From positions 161,944,001 through 162,008,000 of the forward strand of contig OZ024740.1 in NCBI GenBank assembly GCA_964016885.1: a stretch of 64,000 bases of DNA, read 5' to 3'. The stretch comes from Eledone cirrhosa. Its lineage: Eukaryota. Under the pieces are notes generated by a model. The model saw only the letters and a list, made by a program, of their open reading frames with translations. It was not told the origin of the DNA and did no database searches. Shown here one piece after another: positions 41,497 to 54,908 of the stretch. Both the position numbers and the translations under genes were made by a program. Position 1 is the stretch's first letter; every line of letters begins with the position of its first letter.

Positions 41497-41818
41497 GGAT
41501 TTATGGCACATTCACGCTAATGCTGACAAAGGCACAGAACATATCCTAGATAACAAACCTAGCATATAAATCGCTCTATGGCCCATACATTTGCCTTCCT
41601 GATATCATAAGGCACAGGATGCTCGCATTAGATGGCCATGCGAAATGTCACAATGAACCTGCTGGCAAAGTCGAGAGACCAACCATCATACTGAAAGATG
41701 ATTTTGAAGATGACACCAGTTTGGAAGCAGGAGAAATTCAAATGGCAATGCTTGACAGGGTGAGCTGGTGGAGGAACTTCATCATGGCACCAGTAACAGA
41801 TGTATAGAAGAAAAAGAA
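41497..41818 (+). mobile_element. 3' fragment of a second, older RTE LINE family
   Basis: IYGTFTLMLTKAQNIS*...LYGP...RHRMLALDGHAKCHNEPAGK...AMLDRVSW, with a GAA-rich tail. Confidence 0.7.
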
Positions 41819-42021
41819 AATCAATCACACCCTTTTCCTCTGAGCATATAATGTAAAAACCTGTACACGACTTATCTGCAGGACATACAAAACCTGAATT
41901 TAAGTCAAGTACAGAAAAAATAATTGTATGTAAAATGGTGGTGCAACGTTTGTATGTGCATGCCTAACTGCTCACATGCATGTTTATGTGTGAATAATAC
42001 CACCTTTCTCCAAGATATTTA

Positions 42022-42208
42022 TAATAATTGTTTCTACTTTAGGCACAAGGCCAGCAATAACCCAGTGCATTACTGGTACTTTATTTTATCGACCCCGTGA
42101 GGATGAAAGGCAAAGTTAACCTCGGCGGGATTTGAACTCAGATCGTAAAGGGACGTAACTATGCTGGAAAGCATGGCGTCCGACCCTCTACCGATACTGC
42201 CAATCCAC
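42022..42208 (-). mobile_element. SINE family A
   Basis: Close reverse copy of 143-333. Confidence 0.9.
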
Positions 42209-42247
42209 ATTTTCTACTGTTAGTAGTTAGATAGCATACTTTGTGTT

Positions 42248-42748
42248 ATCATCATCATCATCATCATCACCGTTTTACGTCCGTTCTTCCACGCTAGCAT
42301 GGGTAAGACGGGTTGTCCTGTTGTGTGCAGTGTCTGGTCGGCTGACCATGCCTTGCTCATACAGGAACTGATCTGGCTTGATTTCTACAGCTGGATGCCC
42401 TTCCTAACACCAACCTCATTTACAGTGAGTGCTGGGTGCTTTTTCGTGGCGCCTACACGTCCACTTTACAGTGTGGGCTGGGTGCTTTTTTGCCGTGGCA
42501 CCTCCACGACCACCTTGCGGTGGGGGGTGTGGGGGCATATTGTTTATATGCTTCAGCATGTACCCATGGGAGGTCGGGTACTCTGTATTACTGCGTGACG
42601 CCAGAAGTCACGGTTGTGTGTCATTGTCTTTGAGAGGTGTAATTGGGTAAGGTCGGCTTTTATCACCTCATCCCAGGTCATCTTGGGTCTCCCCAATCCG
42701 CGGTTTCCATCAACTTCTAGTGCTCTGCACCTTTTTATGCAGCTGTCA
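42248..42748 (-). mobile_element. 5'-truncated RTE LINE, near-identical to the 54909 copy
   Basis: DSCIKRCRALEVDGNRGLGRPKMTWDEVI, followed by the 3' UTR and (GAT)n tail. Confidence 0.9.
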
Positions 42749-43346
42749 TGTGTGTATATATATATATATAAATGTGTGTGAGTTTGTGTACCCACAAATG
42801 CAACCTTCTTGTGTTTTGCCATGTCTAATTGGAACAAATTTACTCACGTTCTAGATTTATATTGTTCACCTCAACAGCAGACCAATCCACTCCTCACTTT
42901 ATATAGTTTTATTCTATTTTATTTCATTTATTCAAATATATATACGTAATGTTGTGTGTGGAATAAATAAAATACTATGAACAAAGATTAATATTCATCA
43001 ACTGAATACATACTTGAACACATGTGTTAACTGAATATACATACATATATATATATATATACATATACATATTCAGAATAAGGGGTGCATAGGACAAAGA
43101 CAAAAGAAAAAACATGCCCTGCCCGACACCATTTTGAATTCATATTCTAAAGATTTAGTCATGTGGGCATTTTTTGAAACTATATAAAATTTTAATAGGG
43201 AGTTGGTGCAATTCACATTCTAATCGGTCAATGGTGATGCAAATAAAATAAAACACTTGACATTTGTTTTGGTAATACAAGCTAAAGCATACAGAACATT
43301 AAATACAGTGAAGGGCATATGAAGTTGTGTATAAATTTATTTATTT

Positions 43347-43476
43347 AGACATTATATATATTTTGCTGGGGTCGATGATTAAATAGTGTGATTCCTACCC
43401 GACCAATCATGCTGATTGGTCGGTTAGGAATCACACTACCTAATCATCGACTCTGGCGAAATATATTTATATGTCT
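43347..43476. repeat. Long foldback palindrome (~60-bp arms, 3-nt loop)
   Basis: GTCGATGATTA-AA-TAGTGTGATTCCTA-C-CCGACCAATCA-tgc-TGATTGGTCGG-T-TAGGAATCACACTA-CC-TAATCATCGAC, extending imperfectly outward. Confidence 0.9.
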
Positions 43477-46400
43477 GTTTATGTTTACTGAGTGTAAACC
43501 AGTGAAACCAGTTGTGTCCCTTTATGTCATAAAGATATTCAATAGAGATCAATGAATCAACTATTGGGTCCAATGTAGTTAACTAAAATACCTTGAAAAT
43601 TGTATGCAGCATTGTCAAGATTCACACACACATACACACACATAAACTTAGATTTTGTCTGGTATTGACATAAGGCATGTCTAAGTTAATAGTATCATTT
43701 ATGTTACAAATACTTTGAGCTACATACATATACATCTATCCTCACCATTGTTTTTATGTTAACTTTGAGACAATGTTTTACAGCCAGATGCCCTTCCAGA
43801 CACTAACTTCTTACAAGATGGAGGGAAACAGTGTACTTATTCTAAATTGGGTACACACACACACATGTTTCTACACATATATAATACTCAACACCATAGT
43901 AGAGATTAACAGTTTATTAAGGTTGATTTAAAAAAAAATATTTATAGGAATTAATGTTGTTTGGCTTCAGGTCAGCAGTGACTGAGCAAGTATTCCAAAT
44001 TGTAACATCACATCTTACATTATATTTTTAGACATTAGATCCAGGACTAAACTAACTATTAAGATAGACTGACTGAAAACAGATTGAATTGAATGCTTTT
44101 GATCAGAGGCAAGCTCAATCTGACATGACTCAATGATAAATTTTTTTCGGTGTTTAAGGAAGGGAAGTACCATAACCATTTTTAGGACCTCAAACCAATG
44201 GGATGAAAGAATTCTCAAATACTTCCAACAAAGTGAATTTTGCTAAAGACTTCCTGTATTTTAACAACATAGAGAGGATAAAAAGCAAAGTCAACTATTT
44301 AGCAAAAGCAAAGGAAAGGCATGTTCTTATGTTTTTCTGTGTATGAAGAGAATAACAAAAATGTATTTACACATGTTCATTTTCACAGATAGGCTTATAA
44401 ATTTTAAAAATGTAGTTATACCTACATTAAATTCATCTTAAATTTGATAAAGGAAAGGAAATATTTTATTCTAGATAGGTTGAAAAACCAAACAAACCAT
44501 TGTCAGACCACCACTCTAAAATATAACACAAAAAAAACACACATTCATACTTAATCTTTCAAAATACACAAAAGAAGAACTAAAGTAAATCAAAACAAAC
44601 ATAAAAATGAAAGATAAAAATAAATGTAGGATATACAATACAAAAATATAAAATAAATTCCTGCCATAGCTAGGAGCCTACAGCTATTAAGTTCTATTTA
44701 AATTGCTGAATCTAGTGGTGTTAAAAAACTTAAAAAACTACACACACAAGAAGAGAAAGCAACAAGTGTGTGATAGTAGAAGTAGCCCAGCCAGCTAGCT
44801 ACCCCTTCCTTGCTTCATGTTCCCTTTACAAGGAGGAGTTTCTGAGGTCAACTACATAGGAGGTCTCCTCTTTTAGCTGCTGGTCAGTTAGCTTAGCCTT
44901 CTGGATAATAAAGCCTTTCTATATAGACATCTTTTGTCTTGTCAAGTGGTCCTGACACATCACCCACTACAAGGTCATCAGATCTCTCTTTTTTTTTAAT
45001 TGTTTACACCATCACCACATTTATTTTTTTAAGTGTTTCTATTTAAGTTTTACTTGAATATTTTGATAGATTTGTTTAGATTCTTTTTCTTTTCCCAGGA
45101 AGGAAAAAAATTGAATAAAATCTCATTAGGAAAATATCTTTGTAATTTTATTGAAAAATACAAAATATCCAGAAAAAAAAAAAATGTACAATATACATGG
45201 CAATAAGGAAACAAGAAAAAAAAAACATAACAAAGAATAAGAAAAAAAAAGAAATTTAGCAAGTGAAAGAGGAGGGAGCGATAGACTATACACTCCAGTC
45301 TGAGCAGTGTTTCAATTGTGCTCAACAGATGAAATGGCAAAGGTATTGCTATAGTGACACTCCCCAATCACAGGACCCATTCCCCAGGCTTGGTGCTGTC
45401 TCTCTGATTTTTATGAAAGAAATCAGCATTGTGTGGTATGAGGACACCTGAGGTCTTGACTGCAACAAGAAGCGGGGAAAAAGTGGTTGGTCAAGCCCTG
45501 GAGTTTAGTTATCTTCCTCTCCTCTGTGCTGCAGGTGGCAGTGCCCAGGTTTACGGCCAAATTGACAAGGTTGGTGGCGGCGAACAAGTCACAATATGTG
45601 TTTCAAATTCCTACCCAACTTCTTAAAATAAAATGATTTATGTATGTTTATGTTTTAATCCATAGGACACAAACACCTCTTCTATCTTCTTTACTCCCAA
45701 AATAGAAGAGGGTGATAGCATTGCATAAAACATATGTGAATCAATATTCTTTCTAGCACAAAAATGGCAGGTTTAATAATTTAGTCCAACCAATGGGATT
45801 CTGCACAATTTCATTTACCCATTCCACTTGCAAGATATTGGCCAACTCAGGGCAATGAACATTTGACTAAGTGGGGTACAATGAGATCAAATCTAGTGCC
45901 CCAATAACTGCAAATCAACTTATTTTAACTGCACAGCCATGCCTGCATGTGTTCATACAATTAGAACTATATATATATAAAAAAAAAAGGACTTATGATT
46001 CTTGACTTTATTGTAGCAGTAGCAACAGCCGCTACAATGGTGTAGCTAATATTTCAAAATATCCACCCTTGTTATGATGATGTACCAATGATCGTGGGAT
46101 CGGAATTTAATCAGTTCAGTCTTCAGAATATTTTCTACAATATCATATAAACAATAAGGAGGGAGCCTCCTCTATGTAGTAAATCAACCTGCTAGAAGTA
46201 AAAGCCAAATCTATTTAAATTCCACCTCCATCTTTATTATATAATAAAAAAAAAACAAAAAAACACACACACACATTAGATAATAATGTGCTTTGTGAGT
46301 AAAATATGGTAGATAAAAACTGCCGAGAAGCCCATCCTATATATCATCCTCCCCACCACCATTCAATATTTATCTCCCCTGCTAACAAGGGTTGGATGGA

Positions 46401-46688
46401 TCTTTGCAGACCGAATCAGTACTTAGGCAGAGCAACTAACCTCTGAAATAGTCTGGAGGCCTGCATACACCAGTAAGGCAAGACAAAGACACTGACAGCA
46501 CTTCAATGTAGGATGAAGCAGCATTGGTGATTGAAGAATTGTGACTACTCTCACTTATACTACATCTTCTGTCTTATGAAACTATGGAAGTAGCAGTAGT
46601 TCATGATCACCGCACAGAAATGTCTGCTACCTGTATATGACTAAATAAAGTGTGTGTCTTGACCTGCACTTAATGGGGCAGGGGTTAA

Positions 46689-47069
46689 AATAATTGTTTC
46701 TACTTTTGGCACAAGGCCAGCAATTACTCAGTACATTACTGGTACTTTATTTTATCAATCCCATAAGGATGAAAAGCAAAGTTAACCTCAGCGGGATTTG
46801 AACTCAGACAATAAAGGGACGTAACTATGCTCGAAAGCATGGCGTCCAACCCTCTACCGATACTGCCAATCCACCAGGGGTTAATAATTGTTTCTATTTT
46901 AGGCACAAGGCCAGCAATTACCCAGTGCATTACTGGTATTTTATTTTATCGACCCCGTAAGGATGAAAGGCAAAGTCAACCTCGGTGGGATTTGAACTCA
47001 GATCATAAAGGGATGTAACTATACTGGAAAGCATGGCGTCCGACCCTCTACTGATACTGCCAATCCACC
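46689..47069 (-). mobile_element. Two head-to-tail SINE family A copies
   Basis: Copies at about 46689-46876 and 46884-47069; GGGTTAA(A/T)AAT is present before, between and after them. Confidence 0.9.
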
Positions 47070-48692
47070 ATCAGGGTTAATAATGAAAGAATATGGGTGC
47101 AAAAAGTACAAACATATCAGATTTTATAGTGATAAATACTTGTGCAACATGATACCCACTCTCTAAATGTTTAACACTTTACATATACTATTGCATTTTC
47201 ATGGTAAAGACTTTACCTCACATAATTATTTTATATAATATTGAATCTATGAGATTGATATAATTTATGTTGAGAACAATACCTTAATGTTGGTATAAGC
47301 AGCTGGTTTGAACAGAAAGAGGTGAGAGAATTTTTGGCCAGATACAGCCGGTAAGCTAACAACAAGTAAAATGGTCAGAGACAACAAATACTGCAGGTTT
47401 CAAGTAGAGTATCCTTCTATCATGTGTATTAACAAATAAACACACACACATATATATTATTGGATCGGCATTGACTTGCAAGAGCTCCTCTGCCTTTGGT
47501 GGGTTTTATCTATCATTGCACAGGGTGTTGTCCAAAATTCACCCTCCTCATGAAGCAGGTTTATTGGGGTTGCTAGTTTAGTCGATGATGACTCAACCAT
47601 GGAATAGGTTGTACAGAGTTACATATTATCAGTAATACTTACAAGCAATCAATCTGACATGAAATATATATGTGTGTACATATGAATTTGTCTCACATGT
47701 TGATGCCCCTTAGGCAGCTGGTGACATTTGTTTATTTTCTGCAGTTCAGTAAGAGAAGATCAGTGAAATAATTACCATACTTTAAAAATAATGTTGACAT
47801 CAGGAAGGGCATTCAGATGTAGCATACTGCCTTAAAAAATCTCATCTGACATGCCAGTTTGGAAAAGAGTATGCAAAAGCGATGCTGCTAGTGATGATGA
47901 TGAGTCCTAAGCTACACTATGTCTGTAAAATACCGGATAGCTGGCTACACTGGAGTGCTGCTGGTCATAGGTCTACTCAATCCGAGCCAAATTGGGGTTA
48001 CATGCAAACAAGAAATGTATTTCACAAAAAACTTTCAACTACAGGATGTTATTAACTGGCAAATGTGCACTTTTCCTATTTCCCATTTTTTTTCACCAGG
48101 ACCTCCAGGCAACGGTGAACGATGATATCCTTTCTTAACTGCCTAATAGCAGTACATCTGTACTAATTTCATAACTGATACTTATTTTATCAATTCCAGA
48201 GTCAATGAAGGTAGTAAATTAGATAACATAAAGCATGTTTATTAGCTCCATGCTCCTTGCTACAGCAATTCCACTATATTATGACTACATACATAACTCC
48301 CTAAAATGCTTCTTCAACAAAACTATAAAAATACAAAATAAAATGTGCTGTTTCTTTTTTATTGCATTGATAGTATGAAGAATTTTTCTGAGATTTTTTT
48401 TTTTAGTTTACTTATATATCCAATTACCAAATATGTACTTGGGTCTGTCTTCTTTTCAGTAATTTTGGAGTCATGCAACTTTTATAAATTGAAAATCCCA
48501 ACAGCCTTTGGATATGAAGAGTTTATGATGTGACATTTAAAATCATCATTACCACCAGTACCATGACTATCAATCATCATCATCATTTTAATGTCCGTTT
48601 TTTCTACACTAGCATGGGTTGGATGATACTTTTTGAGGCAATATTAGACAGCTGTTGGCTTTCCTGACATTAACCCAGATTTTTTTTTAATT

Positions 48693-49034
48693 GGAGGCAC
48701 ATGGCTTAGTGGTTAGAGCATTGGCCTTGCAATCGAAAGGTTGCGAGTTCAATTCTCAGACGAGGTGATGTGTTGTTTCCTTGAGCAAGACACTTTATTT
48801 CACATTGCTCCAGTTTACTCAGCTGTAGAAATGAGATGATAGGACTGGGGTCCATATCATTCCACTGCAAAGTGGTCGTGGAGGTGCCACGGCAAAAAAG
48901 CACCCAGCACTCACTGTAAATGAGGTTGGTGTTAGGAAGGGCATCCAGCTGTAGAAATCAAGCCAGAATCAGTTCCTGTCCCACCCTTGCAAGCAGGGAA
49001 AAGCGGACGTAAAAATGAAATGATGATGATGATG
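48693..49034 (+). mobile_element. Full composite SINE family B
   Basis: A-box TGGCTTAGTGG, B-box GAGTTCAATTC, CORE-like TTTCCTTGAGCAAGACACTT, then the RTE 3' UTR and (GAT)n tail. Confidence 0.85.
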
Positions 49035-49074
49035 AATTAAGAAAAAAATATAAGTAAATAAATTATCAGCATAA

Positions 49075-49362
49075 AATTCTCTCATTTGCTATATTCCTCC
49101 ACTCAGGCATTCTTAACTGGTGCATACCTCTTCTCAACAGCCATATTGTATCTTCACTCTAGCCATGCAATAACCTCTTCACACAGTCCTTCCTGAATGC
49201 CCTGATCTGGAACTGCCTCTCAGATGATGTCTTTCCTACAAGCGACTACTTACAACAGTTTAAGCAGAACCTCAACAGCAATAATCTAACCAGTCTTAGA
49301 GGGTCTGCAAAAGCTGTGTGCTGTGCTTCTAGATTTAACATGTGATAAAAATAAATAAAAAT
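49075..49362 (+). mobile_element. 3' fragment of a CR1/Jockey-group LINE
   Basis: FTQSFLNALIWNCLSDDVFPTSDYLQQFKQNLN resembles the SFF...LWNSLP...FK C-terminal motif; A-rich tail. Confidence 0.6.
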
Positions 49363-52270
49363 TGCTAGATGGTTCCTAATTGGTCACTTTATTCCTGTAT
49401 GTCTTCAACATGACATTTGCTCTTCAACAAGTTCTTTGTTCCACCAAGTCATTCTATTTCCACCCCTTTCTTTGTCAAAACCACCTACCAAATTTATAAT
49501 TCAATTTTCAAACACATTCTATTTTCTTTATTTCCATATGACAAAGAATATAACAGGTGATGCAGCAGTGTAATAACTAGAAGAGGAGGGTTCAATTTTC
49601 CCATGGAACTTGCTTTTTTTTTCTGTCTCTTTATTTCCTATTTTCATTTAATATAACCATGCTAAAATACCTTATCTTAATTATCCACTCTGATGTTTTC
49701 TCCCAATGAGACTCACATATGAGCATTCAGTTACTGGATCAAGTGAACAGCCTACTACTAAATGGGCAAAGCTTTGTTGCCCCTAGGCTATGGTAAAAGA
49801 TACTTGCCCAAGACCCAGGGCTTCATGATTGTGATGTGAATTTACTATATGGTATATTTCAAGTGGCTTTTTTTTTATACTTTGGTGGATATGATGAGTT
49901 AACACTTTCCTTTTCAAATTTTCAAAAGAGTATGCAAAACATAAGGAAAAAACTCTATTTCAAATAGATGTTAGTTTTACCAAGCTTGTAATTTAAAAAA
50001 AATGTAATAAAAGTAAATAATAAACAAAGATATTAACAGCTCTTCCTCTTCTTCCCAGACCAAATAGGGAAATGGGAGTTAGATAGACCAAAGAGGAGAT
50101 GAAAGTCAGTAAAGGAATATACATCAGTATATTTAAAGAGAGAAAACTAAGGCAATATGGATGAGTGGAGAAGTCTAATGATTTATATGTAAAATATCTT
50201 GAGATTACACCCAATGATTAATGGTTACTTTTCAAAGGAGCAAAGAATTTGGATTTTTTTTTAAGGACAGTCTATTGGAAAGACTTGAAGTGAAGCAGCT
50301 GCAACTGGGAGTATTGCTATCTCACACAGCAAGTATACTGAGGAATCAACATGTTTACAAACACTTCTGATTTTTTTTTAATCACTGAGTCAGAAAAGAT
50401 GAAGGCATCCTCAAATCAAGTGGACCCTGCTAGTCATCCAAGGGCTAGCCAGTGGAATTTGAGCTCAAAAGGCAAAAACTGGAACAAACACTGCAAGTAA
50501 TCCTATCAACACTAACAATTTCACCTGTCAATCTCTCTAGACTGGTACTTTATTTTAGTAATCCTGGAAAGATAAAAACAGTGTTGACCAGGCTTTTGCT
50601 CTGGTTCTCCAAGCTTTGAGTTCAAATTGATCAAACAATTAACAATGTAGGGCAATTGACTAGCATAATTGTTTGGCACCTGTTCAGGCTCCTTGTGATT
50701 TGAGTTCTTACATGATAGACAATCTGTCACTCAGTTTATCACCACAACCCGGCCTTTGTGTGTCTTAAGTGAAATTTAAAAGAAATAAAAATAAAATAAA
50801 CTCTCAGTTGAAATCCTGCCAGAGTTAACTTTGCTTTTCATACTTCAATATTTGATAAACTACCAGTAATTATACTAGAGTCAGTTCAATGCATTAAGAA
50901 CTTCTATGAAATTGGCCTTGTGCATAATCAAAATGAAATATTATTGAAAGTAAATACTGCAAATCATCAATGTTCTTCAAGCATTTTATTACCTGTTTTG
51001 AACTTCTCAAAAACAAGTCACCAATGGGCTATTTCATTTAAATCACACATCTATGCCTTGATTACCACCAATTATACCACCTATCTATTTACTTAATTAT
51101 CTATTATTCTAATTGATTCCTCCTTCAGATTCCTATTAATCTTATATAAGATTTCCTAAACATTTTCAGCAATACACAATAAACAATGTACAAAAATAAA
51201 ATGAAACAACAAACATCTCTTGCAATTGAGAGTGACTTGGTAGCATGCTCCATGCTTTCCCTAATGGTTTTAGGTATCTATAAAGTGATAAAAAAATCAA
51301 ACATCCTATGGCTCCTGAACCCTCTCATTACTAATCCAGCAGGACATCTAAGATGTAAAAGTTAGAAGGGCTTTAAAGGCAAAACAGATATCAGTGGGAA
51401 TTGAATGTAGAGCACAGAGAGCCTGTAGAAATATCACAATGAATTCTATCTGAGCTCTAAGTATGCAACCAATCAACTGGCTAATAAGAACAAATGATAT
51501 ATATATGTGCATGTGTGTGTTATGTAAAAATAAGCCCCAGTTAGCTAAAATAAATTTTTTTTAAATCAGCAGACACACTCATATATATATGTTAAACACT
51601 TCTTTGACAAATAAAGATTTGAAAATGAAAGAAAATACAAACAGGAAGTCATTAACACTACATAAACAGTTCAGATACATAAAAATAATAGTGGTATAAA
51701 TATGATCCCACCCCACACAGAAAAACTTTACAGAATCCATTAACTGGGTGGTGGCTAAATCTATACTAAATATGCTTAAATTTTCATAGTGGCTCAAGGC
51801 CACATACTTGTACAGAATGGGTGTACAGTCAACCTCAGCAGCATTTGAAGTCAGTTTGTGTTTCTCTGAAGACATTAGAAATATCACAAACTGGAAACCT
51901 GGTTCGAATGCTTACAGCAAAGTGAGTTCCACTAAAGATATCCAAAAGCCAGGTAGTAGGTGGTGTTAAACCAGTGACTTATTAGGTCTACCACCCAAAC
52001 TAAATACTAAATTGTAAAATCCTATCCTCCTTTGATGATTTAAAGGTGCCTTCATAACATACAGCATGCTATGAGCATTTTAACCCTGAAATGGTCAGTC
52101 TTTCTCTATGTCCGACAATAGAAAGAGGGGTGAGTTGACCATTGAGATAAATATCATTTTTCAATTTATTAAGAATTAAATAATTGCAAATAAATAAACA
52201 ATAACTTTAAAGTAAAAACGTTATATATATTTTCGACTGTTTCTAATTCCAGTAGAGAGCAGGGGAAGTA

Positions 52271-52311
52271 CTGTTCTGATGAAAACCAGAGCTTGAAATG
52301 TGCATAGACAG
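52271..52311 (+). ncRNA. Minimal type I hammerhead ribozyme motif
   Basis: CUGUU-CUGAUGA-AAAC(CAGA)GCUU-GAAA-UGUGCA-UA-GACAG. Stem I extends outward via AGCAGGGGA / UCCCCUUCUGCU. Confidence 0.75.
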
Positions 52312-52540
52312 CTGTCCCCTTCTGCTTCTGCTAGATGATGCTAACTGTCAACCTTTCAATATTCATAGCTAGGCTTTCAAAATGTTTATTTATTAAACAG
52401 CATATAGCTTTATATAAATGAAATTCACATAATTGTATATAAACATTATTTAGACAGTCAAATCTATTTTAAGAATATTGAGATAATATTTTTGCAAATT
52501 ATACCTGACCCTCCTGAAGACAGTTTTGAGTGTATGTAGA

Positions 52541-52915
52541 GACTGGGTGATGTGTTGTTTCCTTGAGCAAGACACTTTATTTCAAATTGCTCCAGTTTAC
52601 TCAGCTGTAGAAATGAGATGATAGGACTGGGGTCCCTATCATTCCACTACAAAGTGGTCATGGAGGTGCCACGGCAAAAAATCATCCAGCGCACACTGTA
52701 AAGTGGATGTGTAGGCGCCACGGGGAAAAAAAAGCACCCAGCAAACACTGTAAATGAAGTTGGTGTTAGGAAGGGCATTCAGCTGTAGAAATCAAGCCAG
52801 AATCAGTTCCCGTATGAGCAAGACAAGGTAAGCCGACCGGACACTGCCCACAACAGGACAACCCGTCTAACCCATGCTAGCGTGGAAGAATAGACGTAAA
52901 ACAGCGATGATGATT
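52541..52915 (+). mobile_element. Composite SINE family B, 5'-truncated, with a longer RTE-derived tail
   Basis: CORE-like segment as at 48693, then the RTE 3' UTR matching the reverse complement of 54909-55170. Confidence 0.8.
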
Positions 52916-54497
52916 ATATGTCTATTATGTGATAAACAGGGAATTGGCAGAATCCTCATAACATTAGTTGTTTTTAACCACGTGCAGACATATGCTCAAT
53001 GTTCAAATTCATTTCTGCTAGAACTACACCTTTGTTTTTAGGGGTATCTAGGACTATAGATTATCTAATGTGTCCTTGTTTTTAAGACAGCAGGGTGTTA
53101 TTTGAGGAAGACATGCTTGTTGTTTTTAAAAGTTTAAACAACCTCATAGAAGCTTTCTCATTGGATAACATTAGTGATTCCACTTTGCAGTTCTAAAATG
53201 TTATCAAATCTCTGCACAAAACACTCATAACTATATTTTCAACAGGCATTACCAAAATAAAAACCTGTTGCCTATTACACAGAAACACATCCATAGATAT
53301 ATGAATGTGCCGTTTCTGAAAATATAATATACTCATATAAACACAGACACACTGCTATACATACATATAAACAAATGCATGAGTATATGAACGTATGTAT
53401 ATATATATTTTTATACATATATATATATAAAACATGTGCGTTTGCATGTGTGAATGTGCAAATGCATTCACATACACACAAATACTGTTAAGAGATCACA
53501 TCCCAATTATAGCAGCTGCTCTCCAGCTGACAAGTTAGCTCCTGGAATCAGTTAAATCATTTTTCTCCGACTGGGTTCTTTTGACACAAATAAATAAACA
53601 GGAGCACTAACAGCCACCATCTATTTACTAACATTTTACTTCACTTTATGGTGCTATTTCTTTCTGAAGGCACTTTCACGCTTTTCACCCTAGTTTATAA
53701 GTTCATGTTTTCTACACTGTAACTAACTTGCCAATTTACTTAATTAGACGCCAATATCTTGTGCATCATAATTAGAAAATGTTAGTGGAATTTAATCTGT
53801 TAAAACTATTTTGCCAAGAGGCATGAGCTGAAAAAAAAACAACAAGAAAATGTACAACATTGAAACTAGAAATTATATATATATATAGTGCATATATATG
53901 TATGTAAGAATGTGAGTGTATGAAATTATTAAGTAAGAAAGCTCACCATATTAAAGCTATTATGTATACTCTTCTCAAATTCTTCAAGATCATTGTAGAC
54001 AGAGCCACTTCCGCCACCAGCAGTGTCTGTACTACCCTCCAGGCTGGTTAACTCCCTGTGGGTTTGAAGGCTCTCACTGGCATTTACAGCCATCTTGAGT
54101 AGTCCCTCCTAGTTTGAGAAAAGAAGAAAAAAGAAAAATTAAGACTATATAAAGCTAATGGAAAAAGATTTTATATTTCAACAAATAAAGAAAATGAAAC
54201 AGAAGGAAGGAACTATCAGCTATGGGAGAGGAGGCAGCTGATATTCTTCTACTAATATATTGCCATAGTTAATGCAATATTAATCCAGAGCTGTAAAATA
54301 AATATTCCTGTTATTATAAAAGAAAAATTGCAATACATCATTGACACCAACATCATCATCACCATCATACCAATGAGTTGCTTTTTCATGCTGGCAATAA
54401 TTTGGTTAGAAGGGCCTGCAGTAGTACCCCACCATATATTTCCATGCATCTTCATCATGTGTCATCTTATCTCTAAGGCTCAATCATCATCATTGTC

Positions 54498-54528
<31 letters not shown>

Positions 54529-54908
54529 TAACTAGCTACTAAGACTTTTTTTGGTTTATGTTTCTAAATGTCTTCTTCATAGCATACTAACATATTCAAC
54601 TTTGTGAACTTAACTTTTCATACTTATTTTTTGCAGAGGTAGATCAACACAAGTTTTCTTAAATTCTACCATTTCACTTTTCCAAGCTTACCTTTCACAT
54701 CCAATTTATGGCACTTTATCTTTTCGTATACATTTTCTATCCTCCTGCATTTGTCATAGCAACTTACAAGCAGTTATTTTTACAGTATAAATTAAACATC
54801 GGCCATCATTTTTTATACCATCACCCTGAATTTCCCCTGATGCTTCTAAATATGGTCATTAATACCCCTGTTTTTAACTCATGATATATGAGCCAATGAG
54901 GGAACTGG

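Noticed and set aside
48693-48770. tRNA-like sequence with A and B boxes
   Set aside because: It is a SINE head continuing into a repeat body and LINE tail; no complete cloverleaf.
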